Positions 23,149 through 36,056 of a stretch of DNA of 64,000 nt are shown one piece after another; the stretch's first letter is position 1, and each line of letters begins with the position of its first letter. The notes below the pieces were generated by a model. It saw only the letters and a program-made list of their open reading frames with translations, was not told the DNA's origin and did not search any database. The position numbers and the translations under genes are program-made. Source of the DNA: Selaginella moellendorffii. Its lineage: Eukaryota > Plantae > Lycopodiophyta. Location: the NCBI RefSeq assembly GCF_000143415.4, contig NW_003314397.1:1-64000 (forward strand), in the 5' to 3' direction.

Positions 23149-26100
23149 ACCATTTAATTGAGGAGCATATTTAAAGATGTACTACCAAACACCCAACGAA
23201 TCAAATAGTTGAAAGCAATAATGATGTATTCATTACCAATAGTCAATTGTGGAAAAGGCCCCATAAGATAAAATGTTACCAACTCAAATGAACGGGAAAT
23301 TACAATTGACTTTAATCTTTTTTTATAATATGTAAAGGAGTAATACAAGCTTGGTATCAAATATAGTTATACACATACAGATGATATCATATTGCATCTC
23401 TAGCTAATAAAAAAAGTTGCATAAATTTTACATAACGATGTTTTATACCCATCTAAAATAGGAGAGGTCATTCTTAAGGTGATGTTGAGAATGTAAATGC
23501 TAAAGTGATAAGTTATTAGAAAATGATGTAGGATTCTTAAACCTATCATACAACCTTTAAATCCATAACTCAATCCTTTAAACTTCATGAACCTTGTTAA
23601 AAAAAAGTAAATCTAGCTCTATACTTTATGAACATTGAACATTAAATACAACTATCACTAATAGTATAGAATCCTTGTCTAAAAACGCTATTGATGCTAG
23701 AGCAACAACATTATCATGCACACAAAGCCCATTAAGTAATATGTATAACCCTTTAATAATGAACCATAACATGATTGCTTTCTAATAACATCTAAGAACT
23801 ATACAAGTGTGCATGAAGTTTATCCAAACCTCAAACCCAAATTAATATTAGATACTCTTTTCCTGTTATGAAGTAATTCACCTCTATTAGTTGTAATATA
23901 TATAGCTAATGTATTTAATGGGATGACATTAACCATATACACTCATACTCTTTTGCATTAACACACTTTCAAGACTAATATCAAAAATAAATATGTGCAA
24001 GATGAAAGGTTTAGTGTCAAAACAACCATAAATTTATCAATATCAACTTGCAAACCCTCACGTGAAATGCAAGTTAAACCCTCGTGATACCTTTAAATAT
24101 AACAAATAATTTAACCATTTCAATTCAAATGCTGATTTAACATCTTGCAAACATCACAAATGTACTCCTCTTACATCCTCTTTAAATAAAGTAAGATATC
24201 ATTAATGAAGTCAATAGTCACTTTTAGTGTATCATAAAGAATTTTGTCTCTTATTTGTTGAAAAATTACCAAAGCATAATTTAAAACTAAACAAGCATCA
24301 TCAAGAACTCATAGAAATTAAATGATATACAAAAAATAATTTTAAGGACATCTTCTTTAGCCATTAGCACTTCTTAGTGAGTTAATAATTTCTCTTTAAA
24401 TAATTTAAAAGATTAATAGGGCATTATTTTATCAATGATAGTCAATAGATGAGATTCAAATGCCTAAGGGCTCTAACACTTTTAGGTAACACTTTTCTCC
24501 AACATCTCTTAGATATTTTTTCGTAAAATTTTGATCCCCTTTGATGACTGATGCTAAATATGAACCTTTTTTGGACAAACATTTTCAATTAGAATAAGAT
24601 GACATATTGCAATTTTAATCCCCTGATAAAAAGTCAAAATTAAAGAAATCAAATACTTCTACTTGTGTTAGTCAACTACTACAACATAAAGATTATATGA
24701 GGGATTTGGAAAGGGAATAAAAGGAAAAAAAAAAAGAGGAAATACTATAGAAAGTAATAGGGAGACAAAAGTGATAAAATTAAAAGTAAAAGGAAAGGAT
24801 GAAATAAAACAAAAATGAGTATAAAATAAAAGAGGAAAAAACTTTAAAGTCACATTTGACATGATTGAGATGCAATGAATCCATACTAAAAATGAGGTTA
24901 AAAGCTTAACTCAACACCATCTATAACTATTGGATCTCAAGTTCGAGATCACCCATATACACAATTAAGTCTGCCACATCCCATACATATACATATGTAT
25001 AACCATTACTATAAAGAATGAAAATTAACTCTGCTATATAATGCAAATATAAATGGCAATATGCGGCAATAGGCTGAGTAATAGAAGATAAATTTAAACC
25101 TATATCAACTAATATAAAGAGGATAACAAAAAATTTCTTGTTATAAAATTGAGATTGCACTAGATAAATTTGTGCTGAATAATCCCATCCCAAAAAATCC
25201 CTCAAAGAGAGGTTATTAATTTATTCATGCAAGATCCATCCACTATTTGTGTAAGATCCCTCCACTACTTATTTGACTCTTTATTCCTCAAAAGAGCTTT
25301 AATGTCAAGACTTTTTATTGCAACAGCACCAACATAACATTATTAACACAAAATCCTCCACCTAGGAAATAAAAAATGTTAATCTGGGAAATGCTAATAA
25401 TGCCAATACATATGGCTAACCTCATTATATATCTAGTAGGTGAACATCACACCTATAACCACATCCTTGTCTTTGTCCTTGAACAAAGCATTAAAGCCAT
25501 CCACCTCTATTGGAATAGAATTATCTTCTACAAGAAATGGAGTTTCAAGCACTTTAGGTACAAGTGGGAGATGTTATGTTTTATAGCATTGTATTAGTTT
25601 AGCATAGTCAAGGGTGGTTAAGGCAAGTATATATATAAGTTCTACAATATCTTGATGAAATGCTTATTATAATTTATCTAACTGATCATATTCAACTCCT
25701 TATGAAGAAAGAGACTTTGAAAGTAAACACCAAATTGTATAATTAACTCAAATGGCCTTTGACAAAGATGATATAATTGTTGGAAGGCATTATCGTAATT
25801 ATTAACATATCCAAATGCACAATGGAAGATATATGGGAGAAAACTCCAATATGCATAAGTGATTTACATTTAAATCATTATACCACTACAATGCCATCCT
25901 TTAAGACATTTAAGAAACTGGCATATACATTAAGCATCATCCCAAAAATGATAAATTTCAATCACTATAAAGTGATTAAACTAATAATATATATCATCCT
26001 CAAGATTCCCACTCAATAAATTGGCCAAACATAAAGATTGGCAACAAGAGCAGAAAAAGCTATACCATGCACTGTAAATACCACTGTCAAAGTTTAATTG

Positions 26101-26581
26101 TTTAACTATAACCATATAACATCGAACAACTACATCAATTGCTACTCTTAAGTCAAAGAAGGAAAAAAAAGCTATTGCAAAGGAGGAATATGATGTTGTA
26201 ACATGAAAATAAATGAAAAGAAAAAAAAAAGCAATAAAGAAGAAATGAAAAAGGTATAGAAACAAAAAAGGTCTAGACAATACAAAACCTACAGAAAGAC
26301 TATATTGTTTAACCAAGTATTTAATTAACTTCAATACTTTTTTCATACTCTATGTGATGGGGACAAACAAGATAAAAAGGACAGTCAAATGGTCAGCCAT
26401 AAATGCCTTGAAACTGATGTCAAATTAAAGACATTGTCAAAATGAAGACTTCTAGGAAAAAAGAGGTAGCTCACTAGCTGCAATCCTCAAACAACTGTTT
26501 GTTTGCAGATGCCAACGCTAGCCCGACGTGGATTCATCGTCATGGCAAATTTTAGCATCACTCGTCAGAAGTGTTTGAGGG

Positions 26582-26584
<3 letters not shown>

Positions 26585-26612
<28 letters not shown>
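26585..26612. repeat. (CT)n microsatellite
   Basis: Run of TC dinucleotides. Confidence 0.9.
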
Positions 26613-27197
26613 ATGCTAAGCTCCTCTCTCCACAAGTTTGGTGCTCTATCTATCCCAACCAAGTGGGGAGTTAATGGTCGAGGACAACACTCCAACTCTT
26701 TCCTCTTTGTGCCTAGCGCTTTGCAATGGCCCAGCAACAGGCTCTTGCGCATTAAGTCGGCCACCTTTTGCTATGGATTTGGACTTATAAACGTCTATCG
26801 GCGACGACAAGATGGAATTCTCTCGCGAACCTGTGGTGAAGTGAAAATCCCCGTGCTGGAGAGGCTCCAAGCTTTCCTCTTCCTTTTGGGGTCCTCCAAG
26901 CCGTCGCATGAGGACGACCCATGAACTCTTTCGCAAGTTAATACACGATCGGTGGGACTTTGTTCTCGACGAATTTCTCTTTCTCAACCACGAAACGAAA
27001 AGGAGAGAAAGAGCTATCCCCGTGATAAAAACAGCCTCGAAGCCTCGATGTTTCTTCCTTAGCGGCATATGCGCAGCTAAATACTCTTTGTAACGTAGCG
27101 TTGCTCGCGCCAAGAAAAAAAGAGTTTGGATCCTCTTTGAATTGTAGAGCAAGCGCCCAAGCTCTCAAGAAAGGTTTTTCGAGCTCCAGATCTGGCA

Positions 27198-27734
27198 ATG
27201 ACGATGACGATCCACCACTCCCAAATCCAAGGCTGCAATTCCGCTGGAATCGCCCGCATTTACTTCCTGTTCTCCACATCAATCGTCTTGCTCGCTGCCA
27301 CTGCCGCTGCTGCTGCCGATCCAAACAACACTTACTGGAGCTCACATCAGCCTCCTCCTCCTCCTCCTTCTCCTCCTCCTTCCATACCACCTATACCTCT
27401 TCCAGCGCCGCCACCACCGTCACCACCGCGAGAATCCACGAGCTTGAATTCTTCATCCCCCAGTCCTCCATCCAGGACTTCTTCGTCGAGTTCTTCTTCG
27501 AGTACTCGAAGCAGCTCCTATCCCCCGAGAAGTCCCAGCTACATGGAAGCCATCGCTGCGAAGCGGCATGGCGGAGGAAGGAAAGAGGGCATCATCGCGG
27601 GAGTGGTCTTCTCCTGCATCTTCGCCTTCCTCTTCTTCATCGGCAGCGCCTATATCTACACCAGCCGGAAGTACAACTTCGAGAGGGCCAACTCCATCCG
27701 CAGCCAGATCGATGGACACATCCCTGGCGCCTGA
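27198..27734 (+). CDS. Small Pro/Ser-rich single-pass membrane protein (extensin/AGP-like ectodomain)
   Basis: Hydrophobic signal-like segment, SPPP/PPPP tract, TM helix IIAGVVFSCIFAFLFFIGSAYIY and a short basic cytoplasmic tail; GC-rich coding style. Confidence 0.75.
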   Translation: MTMTIHHSQIQGCNSAGIARIYFLFSTSIVLLAATAAAAADPNNTYWSSHQPPPPPPSPPPSIPPIPLPAPPPPSPPRESTSLNSSSPSPPSRTSSSSSSSSTRSSSYPPRSPSYMEAIAAKRHGGGRKEGIIAGVVFSCIFAFLFFIGSAYIYTSRKYNFERANSIRSQIDGHIPGA

Positions 27735-28022
27735 ATGAATCCAGCCATCTTCACATTCTTACTGCAGCAGAGTTTTCGGCGCACTCGTAAGAACTTTAAA
27801 AGCGCCGATCGTCGAGAAATGTATCTATAAAGACAGGCTGCTTCGATTTTCGTCTTCTTCCTTCGAACAATTTAACTCTCTTTTCGAGCTGCGGATGACT
27901 CGTTCTTTTCTTTTCCTCGGCTCGGCTTTGCTTTGATGATGTCCAGTTGTAAAGCTCGTCCCAGACTGCCAGCAAAAGGACTGCTTAAAGCGGGAATCAG
28001 CGGCGCCAGCTTCCGAGTGGAA

Positions 28023-29996
28023 TCACCACTGATTTGGGAAAGACTCCCTGTACTTGGCATCCTCGTCTCGAGCTATGCTGCCGACCATAGCGTCCACTGC
28101 CCGGCCGCGCAGCAGTCTCCTGGCAATTCTGTCTTTTGGAGTCTCCTTCTTACGGAGCATAGCGCTGAGACCACCTTTTCGTTTCTTTGGCGTTTCTTCA
28201 TCCAGGCTTTTCCTCTCTAGGCCTGCTTCAATCGTCTGCGTGTCGTGAGCAAGCGCGGCAGTTCTCAGCACGGCCTCGTTGTGTTGTCTGTCTGTCCTGG
28301 CTTGAGACTGTCGCAAACGTTTATTCTGTTTCCTTTTGGCTTCATCCCTGCCTCTCACGTTCCTTACGGCTTGAGCAGCCAAAGCTGCCGGACTGACCGC
28401 CGCCTTCTCCTTCCCCTTGGCTTCGACAGCCCTTTTCTCCTCGAGAGGATTGCCTCTATCGTCCCGCGGAATTATTGTGCCATGAAGCGGGCACTTTCGG
28501 AGATCTCGTCTCTGGCAAAGGCCTCCATTCCTCAGCGGTGCCGAGCAAGGACGTAACTCCGACTTTAAAGGCTGGTAGTACGATGCTCTCACTTGCATCT
28601 CCGCCATCTTCTCGGTAGAGATGAGAGCGTCCGGATCCACTCTTCCCCAGTGGTTGTCGAGAACCAGTCCCCTGTTGTTTGCAGGAACCGCAGCGTCGGA
28701 GCCCCAGGCGTCGAGAAACGATCCCCACGGCAGCACGGGAGCCTCCTCAAACAGCTTCTGCTTAAGCTCGGACATGGTTGCGTTAGATGACGAAGCCGTT
28801 CCTGTTGCTGTAGCCTGAGGTGAGGAACTCTTTTTTATTTCGCCACCTTGTTCCCGTTCTCGTTCTCGTTCTCGTTCTTGCTCTAGTTTGTGTCGTGGAC
28901 CATCCAGCTTGCTCCTGTCAAATATCTCTTCTTCTTCCCATTCCACATCGTCGTCAGTGGTGGTTTTGGATTTGGCCACCTCGACAATCCCGAGCTCCTG
29001 ACACTTATCCTTTAAGACCACCAGGCGGTTCCTCAAGTCGATCACCTCCTTCATGAGAGCATCCCGGCTTTGTCGATCTTCCGGGTCGACTCGCATCAAA
29101 ACCGACAGCCATTCCTGCGCTGCTGGAAGATGTCTTGTTGTCACCAACTTGAGCAAATCCCGGGCCATGTCGAAAATGGCCCCGTTGTCGCGAGATTCCG
29201 TGACCATCAATTCCTCTTGATCACGCATGGACCGCAAGCTTTGGATCCCAAACACCTCATTACTGTCCTCTTCATCTTTGTCCACCTCCAAAAATCCATC
29301 CTCGTCCTGGACCACCTCCTCCTCCTCGCTCAAGATGGCAAAGCATTCTTCCAGCTGACTCATCGTCGACTCGAGATCTCTCCTCAAGCCAGGGAAATTC
29401 TCCGTGAGTTGGAGCAGCCGGCACCGGAGAAGATCTTGCGTGCGCCTGTCCCTGGCATTCTTTTCTTCCTCGGCTCGATTCGCGGCCTCTCGAACACCCG
29501 GAAAGTCGAGACGTAGCGTGAACTTCAAGTATTCGTAGCCAAGCTGGAGCTCCTTGTAGTGAGGCCCAAACGTCTCGTTCCATCTCTCCACGATTTCCAG
29601 CGCCTTAGCCTTGAGCAGCGCCGCTCGATCCGCGGGAGCTGGGAGCGGCTGGTCGGTGCGGTGCCCTAGGCAGAGAACCATAAATTTCTCGAGCACCGCC
29701 ACGATCTGGCCGCGAAACAGCTTCGATCGCGTAAAGAGCTGATCGATGAGCAGCAGAGCGAGAAGCCTGACCTGTTGATCCGCCGGAGTGAGAATCCCTC
29801 GGCCGATCGATCAAAATGCTAGACCTACCTGGGAGTGATTCTTCCCTAGCCGGTCCATGAGAAGGTCTGCCGCCGCCTTGACATTGTCATCTGAGGCGCG
29901 CACCAGCGCCTTGATCGCCTTGAGCAGCGGCTCCTCCAGCTCCTTGCCCGGGGAATTCGTGGCCGCGAGGATGAGATCGCTCAATCGCCCCGCCAT
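28023..29996 (-). CDS. UVSSA: UV-stimulated scaffold protein A homolog (exons 29996-29829, 29771-28023)
   Basis: N-terminal VHS-like region (HSQ|VRLLALLLIDQLFTRSKLFR), APVLPWG, and the C-terminal zinc motif CSAPL..GGLCQRRDLRKCPLHGTIIPRDD. GT-AG intron of 57 nt. Confidence 0.92.
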
Positions 29997-30135
29997 TAAA
30001 GAAGAGCTAGGGCAATCGCGCGGGAGAAGAGATTGACAAGGTTTCAGGTTCGAATCCAGTTTCTAGTAAAAACTTCCTCACAAGGTCTTAGGTTCGAATC
30101 CAGTCTCTAGCAAAAAATTGCCACGGCTTCCATTA

Positions 30136-32626
30136 TTAAGTTGGAACTTTGGACATGGGAAGAAAGCGATTGAGGTAGCCCAGTATTAAACTATACAATG
30201 TGTCGGCTTTGAGGAAATATTCCAACACGACTGCAAAGAAACAAGCACGGAAAGATCTAAACAAAGTTTTCTCTAGAAACTTGGATCTTACCAAGACGGA
30301 AGCGAAGATACGCGTACTCCACCAAAGATCTCGAGTACAAAACAATTCCCTGTTCCCGAAAGCCTGGAAAATGATAAACTTTGAGAGCGATTCTAGATCT
30401 AGAATGTTTAAGATTTAACCTGGTTTTCCACGCTTGTGCATTGCACGGCCAAGCAAGGCGTAACGAGCGTACGTTTCAAGTCGCAGCCTTCGTGGAGCTC
30501 CTAGTTTGTGGACGATAGATCTCAGCAATCCACTGTTCTCACAGCGTTGATTATAAGAATAGGAGACTAGAGAGGTGCTTACTCTGTACGAAGGACGATC
30601 AGAAAGTCGCGAGAGAGCCCTTCCATGAAATAAGATATGTCGCCCATGGAAAACTTTCTTACTTCGTCCCTTAATCGCGTTCGTTCTTCGGGAGACATGC
30701 CTTTTCCGAGACCGGATTTGCTGCAAATCAATAGAACCAATAACTTCAGTGAAAGAAAAAGAAAAAACAATAACCAAAACCTGTCCAGCGTCCGACCGGT
30801 CAATATAACAGGCAAAAATCGGGAGTATTCGCCGGCACCGAGTTGCAAGCCCGACTTTTCCATCTCAGCAGGGTCGGAGGTTATCATCGCTTTCCACAAG
30901 TTGCAAAAGTTGCGCCTGAAATTTTCATCGAGCTCGCGATAGAGACCGTGATCCAGAATAACTACGAAATAATGTATGGAGAAGAAGGAAAAAGAAACAT
31001 GGAGCGCATACCGATATGAAAGTTGTGCTTGCTCCCTCGAGCCGGATTATGGCTCACAAGAATGTTTCCAGGATGAGGATCCCCATGTACAACACCGTGA
31101 CAAAATATCATCTCGGCAAAAATCTCTAGCAACACTCGAGACACCTAGAAAGAAGGATCAGACAACGAACAGCTAGAAAAGCTTCCATCTACCTGTTTCG
31201 AATCTATTCCCGCTTTCTCCATGCTCTCTACATCGTCAACCTGAAGAACACAATAAGTCAAGCTGCCAATCAAATTAAAGCTGGATATGGCACCTTGCTA
31301 CCGTGCATAAACTGCATCGTCAAAACTCGATTTGTGGTGTAATCCTAGGATGAATCATGTTGTTAGCCTGAAAACTTAAATGAGCTGCGAATAGAAAGCT
31401 CACAAAGCTTTCCGTACCCAAAAAACTGAAGGAATTTTCACTTCCTTTTTGTTTGCAAAGTTTGCTGTTGCTCTTTCCGCGCTTCTTGCCTCCCGTGCGA
31501 AATCTAAAAACACAAAAAGTTCAGATTCGAAATAAAAAATATCGATTGCGGCTACTTGCCTAGTTCACTGAGAAGATTCTTTTCAAACTCCGGCACTAGC
31601 CATTCAAATTGATAGTCTGGAAAAAGCTGCAAAAAGAACGTCACGTTTCCCATGATTCAAGGAAAAACAACAAGCTGACAATGATTCAAGCAACAGGAAT
31701 AGAAAATACCCAAGCAACGCATTTGGAAAGAAAGGCCATCGTAGAAATATCGATCTCGAATTGTCGTTGCAATCCTGGATATTGGACCTGCTTACAAAAA
31801 ACTTAAGCAACAGAAAAAAAATCTTTATGGTGAAGTGACTTACTTTTACAGCAACTTCTTCGTTTTCAGAGAGCCAAGCATGATGCACTTGAGCAAGTGA
31901 CGCTGCAGCAAGAGGCTTTTCATCGAACTCGTGAAACCTGAAAGAACAACCAAGACAATGAAAGATATGCTACCAAGTACTTCTTCATACATGTCTCCTG
32001 GAGTCCTTCCAAACTCTTCTAAGAAAACTTGTTTTATTGCTCTGTAAGGCCAAGCCTGTGCCTAGAAAATCAAAAGAAAACACGAAATCAGGCAGAAACA
32101 AGCTTTCTCACAACGCACCTGATCTTGCAAAACTCGTAGAGTCTCGACATACTCCTTCGGGAACTGCCCGAGGGATGCTATAAACTGTCCAGCCTTTGTG
32201 TAAAATCCTCTGTTAGCTTCACAAAGTCTTAGAATGCGTTTAGCAGCTCTGAGATGGACCTACAAAAATAAAAATTCATTGAGCTGTTTGCTCCTCGCAA
32301 ACACGAGTGAGAGAATACCTGTGAAAGAACCTCGTAATACTCCTCGGTTTTCTTGTCATGGTCGCGCAAACTAAATTTGTAGTCTACACTGTTGAGCGCG
32401 AACTGGATATTTTCAGAGCCGAGTGAGCCTATGATCGATCTACAAATCGATCTGAAGAGCAAGAGGGAAGAAATTCTGTACTTACAGTGTAAACAGCACG
32501 AGTCGATCGAAAAATTCCGAGCGCTGGCGCAGCTCCATCGAAGCTCTCGTATGCTACCAATCCAGCGACGATCGAGGCGCTTGTCAGCAGCGGCCTACGC
32601 CTGAGGCGCGCGGCGAGTAGCGCCAT
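30136..32626 (-). CDS. ABC1/UbiB atypical kinase (ADCK1/MCP2-like), multi-exon
   Basis: Spliced motifs KAGQ, AAASLAQVH, VAVKVQYP, ELDF, HGDPHPGN and ILDHG. The last exon ends ...MSKVPT* at 30136. Confidence 0.88.
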
Positions 32627-32751
32627 TTCTTTCCAGCCCTAAAAACTCTCTCTGGATGTAAGATGGAGAGAGTGAGAGGGAGTGAATATTCGTTTCTTGG
32701 ATCTTCCATGGATTTTAGGTCGTGTTCTTCCTCGCGAGAAATTTGGGCGCG

Positions 32752-33544
32752 ATGTCGAGCACAGTCTCCCAGACCGAGCGCGGCCATGAGAGATTCCGGG
32801 AGGGCAAGTACGAGGAGGCGCTGGAGCTCTACTGGGACGCATTGGCTGCCGCGACGCTGGATTCGCATCGCATAGCTCTCCACAGCAATCGCGCTGCGTG
32901 CTACCTCAAGCTCCGCAAATACAAGGAGGTGAGAACTAGAGCTAGAAATTCTCGCGGTCTAATGTCGAGAAATCCTCCATCCAGGCCGCGGAAGAATGTG
33001 GAGCTGTGCTCGAATTGGATGACAAGCAAACCGGCGCTCTAATGCTCCGCGCACAAACGCTTGTCATCATGAAGGACTATCACTCGGCGCTGTTCGATGT
33101 CAACAGGCTGCTGGAGATCGATCCATCGTCTCCAGCCTACAAGAATCTGCAAGCCCGAGTCAAGACCCAGCTCGTAAGTCAGTAGTTCTAGCGAGAATTC
33201 GGCCGCATTGGCAGCTCTAACTCGTCGCAATCCAGGCACTGGATCCCATCCCGGAGGCCGAGAACGAATTCATGCCCGAATCCACTCCCAATTCCCCCAG
33301 AGTTTCCAAATCCCCCAACACGATGCTGGCAGCGGCGAGAACACCAACTCCCGCGAATTCCAAGGAACCGGGCACGAATTGGGAGGCAGTTCCAAAGCCC
33401 AAGGGGCATTCGAAGCTGGATTACTCGCGCTGGGACAAGATTGGCGCCGATCTAAGCGACGACGAGGAGGAAGAGATCGAAGAACAGCCCCAATACAGAT
33501 ATAAGCTAAAAACCATTGGCCTTAGAGCAGCCGCGAGCTATTGA
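32752..33544 (+). CDS. TPR-domain protein (exons 32752-32928, 32985-33173, 33236-33544)
   Basis: TPRs (HSNRAACYLKL, ALMLRAQTL) and conserved plant C-terminus WEAVPKPKGHSKLDYSRWD. Canonical short introns. Confidence 0.88.
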
Positions 33545-34093
33545 CAAGAACACTTTCACTGGGCCAGTGTAAAAATTCGCATACACAGGAAAATTCAAAG
33601 GAAATTCACAGGATAGTTAAAAAACTTTTTTTACTACTCTCCACCTCTATAGCCATGTGTCCGTGCGATGGGGGCATGACACCACCATGCTTGCCACCAC
33701 AAAACGCTGGGCATGGACCCACCCATTTGTGATTCGTGCCATTAAACTATCATGGCCATGGCCATGCCACATGATGCTAAGGAAACGGCAATAGCAATGG
33801 AGAAAGGGGTTCTAGGGTTTGCTTCTAGGGCATGGCACGCGCCTGGATCCATTCGACGCACTCCGGGTAAGCGCTCCTCCTTTCTCGCCTAGCGAGTGAC
33901 AAGGCAGCTCCTCGGCGCTGGCGCGCGTGGCGCTGATTTCCCTAGCACTGAATTCGTTGCGTTTTTTTCCAGCGCGGATTGAGTGAGGGCCGAGGAAGGA
34001 ATCCGGGCTTAGGGTGTAGAGCACTCGATCGATGCGTCGGCGCTAGTGGATCGAGTTGAGGGGAATTGCGTTGGATTGGATCGGATTGGAAGA

Positions 34094-35266
34094 ATGGCCA
34101 CGGCGCTGGAACCTGCCACTTACTGGTGCCATCAGTGCCACACGTCCGTGAGGCCCAACGCCGGGAATGACATCCTTTGTCCGTTCTGCAATGGCGGCTT
34201 CATCGAGGAGATCGAGAACTCGCCAGGGATCGTTTTCCCGCCGCATCGCCAGAGACCAACCGTCATCTTTGGTGGTGAGCCGGGATCTGGGAGGGAAACC
34301 AGAGGTATCTCTGCTGATGGCGATACTCCTCCCGCTGGTAACCAAGGTGTTCGTCATCCTCCAATTTTCCAGGTTCTCCAGGCCATGTCCGCGATTCTCC
34401 AGCAAAGTCGAGACAACAACAACAACAACAACAACAACAGCGCTGGTGCGAATCAAAGAGACGGCGCCGACCACGCGGATCCACTTGATCCCATGATCCT
34501 CGTCCAGAACATGTTTGGAGGCAGAGGTGGAAACGTGGAGGTGTTCTTCGACACGGGCACTGGAGCTCGACGCTTGCCGGCAAACTTTGGAGACTACTTC
34601 TTCGGGCCGGGCCTGGACCAGCTGATCCAGCAACTCGCAGAGAATGATCCCAACAGGTATGGCACTCCACCGGCGTCCAAGACAGCGATCGAAGCCATGC
34701 CCGTGGTGAGCATCACCAGCGAACACATGAGCGGTGACGGTGGGCAGTGCGCGGTGTGCAAGGACGAGTTTGAGCTGGGGTCGGAGGTGAGACAGATGCC
34801 GTGCAAGCACCTCTACCACGGCGACTGTATCCTACCATGGTTGGCGCAGCACAACTCCTGCCCGGTTTGCAGGCACGAGATGCCGACCGACGATCCAGAG
34901 TATAACAACACTGCACCGGGGCGAGGCGGGGCTCAAGCCAGCCGGGCTGCGAATGCCGAGATCGGTGGTGCTGCTGCTAGCGGTGGCGGCGGCGGCCCTG
35001 GTCGTGGTTTCACTCTCTGGGGATCTGGAGCGAACTTAAATCTGGATGGTCACCAGCACCACCAGGACAGCGGGAGCTCGAGACCGGCGGAGGAGCCCCG
35101 GAGTAACAGGCGAGTCTCGTTCCAGTTTCCATGGCCATTTCGCTCGTCTTCGTCTCCGCCACCAGCCCCAGCTCCTGCTCCTCCATCGTCGTCTTCGTCG
35201 CAGCAGCAGCATGGAAGCTCCTCGGCCAGCGACCAGCCGGAGAATCGAGATGACCGCCGTAACTAG
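34094..35266 (+). CDS. RING-H2 E3 ubiquitin ligase with N-terminal zinc ribbon (BTL/RNF126-like)
   Basis: YWCHQC...CPFCNGGFIEE, GDYFFGPGLDQLIQQL, GTPPASK, and RING-H2 CAVCKD..MPCKHLYHGDCILPWL..CPVCR. Single exon with an (AAC)n Asn tract. Confidence 0.93.
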   Translation: MATALEPATYWCHQCHTSVRPNAGNDILCPFCNGGFIEEIENSPGIVFPPHRQRPTVIFGGEPGSGRETRGISADGDTPPAGNQGVRHPPIFQVLQAMSAILQQSRDNNNNNNNNSAGANQRDGADHADPLDPMILVQNMFGGRGGNVEVFFDTGTGARRLPANFGDYFFGPGLDQLIQQLAENDPNRYGTPPASKTAIEAMPVVSITSEHMSGDGGQCAVCKDEFELGSEVRQMPCKHLYHGDCILPWLAQHNSCPVCRHEMPTDDPEYNNTAPGRGGAQASRAANAEIGGAAASGGGGGPGRGFTLWGSGANLNLDGHQHHQDSGSSRPAEEPRSNRRVSFQFPWPFRSSSSPPPAPAPAPPSSSSSQQQHGSSSASDQPENRDDRRN

Positions 35267-36056
35267 CGTCGTACATATGTTTTCTAAGTGTACGGGGGGA
35301 AGAATAAGTGATAAGGAGTTGCTGGGAGGGAAGGGTGCGGAGAACTTGTGAAGTTTCCTTCTGGAAGAAACGTTTACGCGATGCTGGACGTAGCACGAGT
35401 AAAATGTGGTGATTATTTTTTATACAAGATTTATTTCTCCTCTCTTTCCTTTTTTTTATTAATTTATTTTTGTCCAATATCTATTCGACTTTTTGTTGGT
35501 TTATGGAAATATTTCACGTGTTTGTCATGCAAACACACACAATCCTTCCATTATGACGCACAGTACTTAAACCATGAGTGTGATAGATTGATCAAGGGTG
35601 GCCAAAATGTTGGTCCAGATCCCCAACCTTTAAGACGATAGGAATTTTCTCTTTTGAACTTTGAAAGTCCATCTAAAAATTCGAAGGACCCAAGAAACTA
35701 GAAGGAAGACCACCCTTTAATCGAGAGACCTTAGACTCACCCGTGATTCTTCCCGAGAATATCCCACCGCAGGACACCACGCACGCGGTACCACACGCTC
35801 CTATCCAACAAACGTGCGCATTATCGAATGCGCACGTGAAAATTTGGCATTGCCAGGTAGCCAGGTGGCACGGATGACGTCCCCGCGCTGACACGTGTCG
35901 CAATGTGGAGGGCATCCGTACGATCCAACGCGCAACTATTGGGGACATAAGAACCAGTGGGGGAGGCTTCGAAGGAGTAGAAGAAACATCAATCCCCAAA
36001 GAACAGGGTCAAGACAAAGAAGAACCACTCCACTCCAGGAAATTTCCCCTCGATCC

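Larger units (their letters stand above)
21700..26300 (-). mobile_element. Decayed Gypsy copy (gag-pol relic) of the same old family, interrupted by TRIMs at ~22045-23148
   Basis: The reverse complement aligns with ~6300-10600 (e.g. ORF 24927-25205 vs 7372-7572; ORF 23154-23360 integrase DL.GPF-like region). Confidence 0.75.

Noticed and set aside
30036-30116. Functional tRNA genes
   Set aside because: No 5' half, A-box or paired T-stem.
35760-35900. ACGT/G-box cluster upstream of the ERF
   Set aside because: Plausible but ordinary for a stress TF and unprovable from sequence alone.
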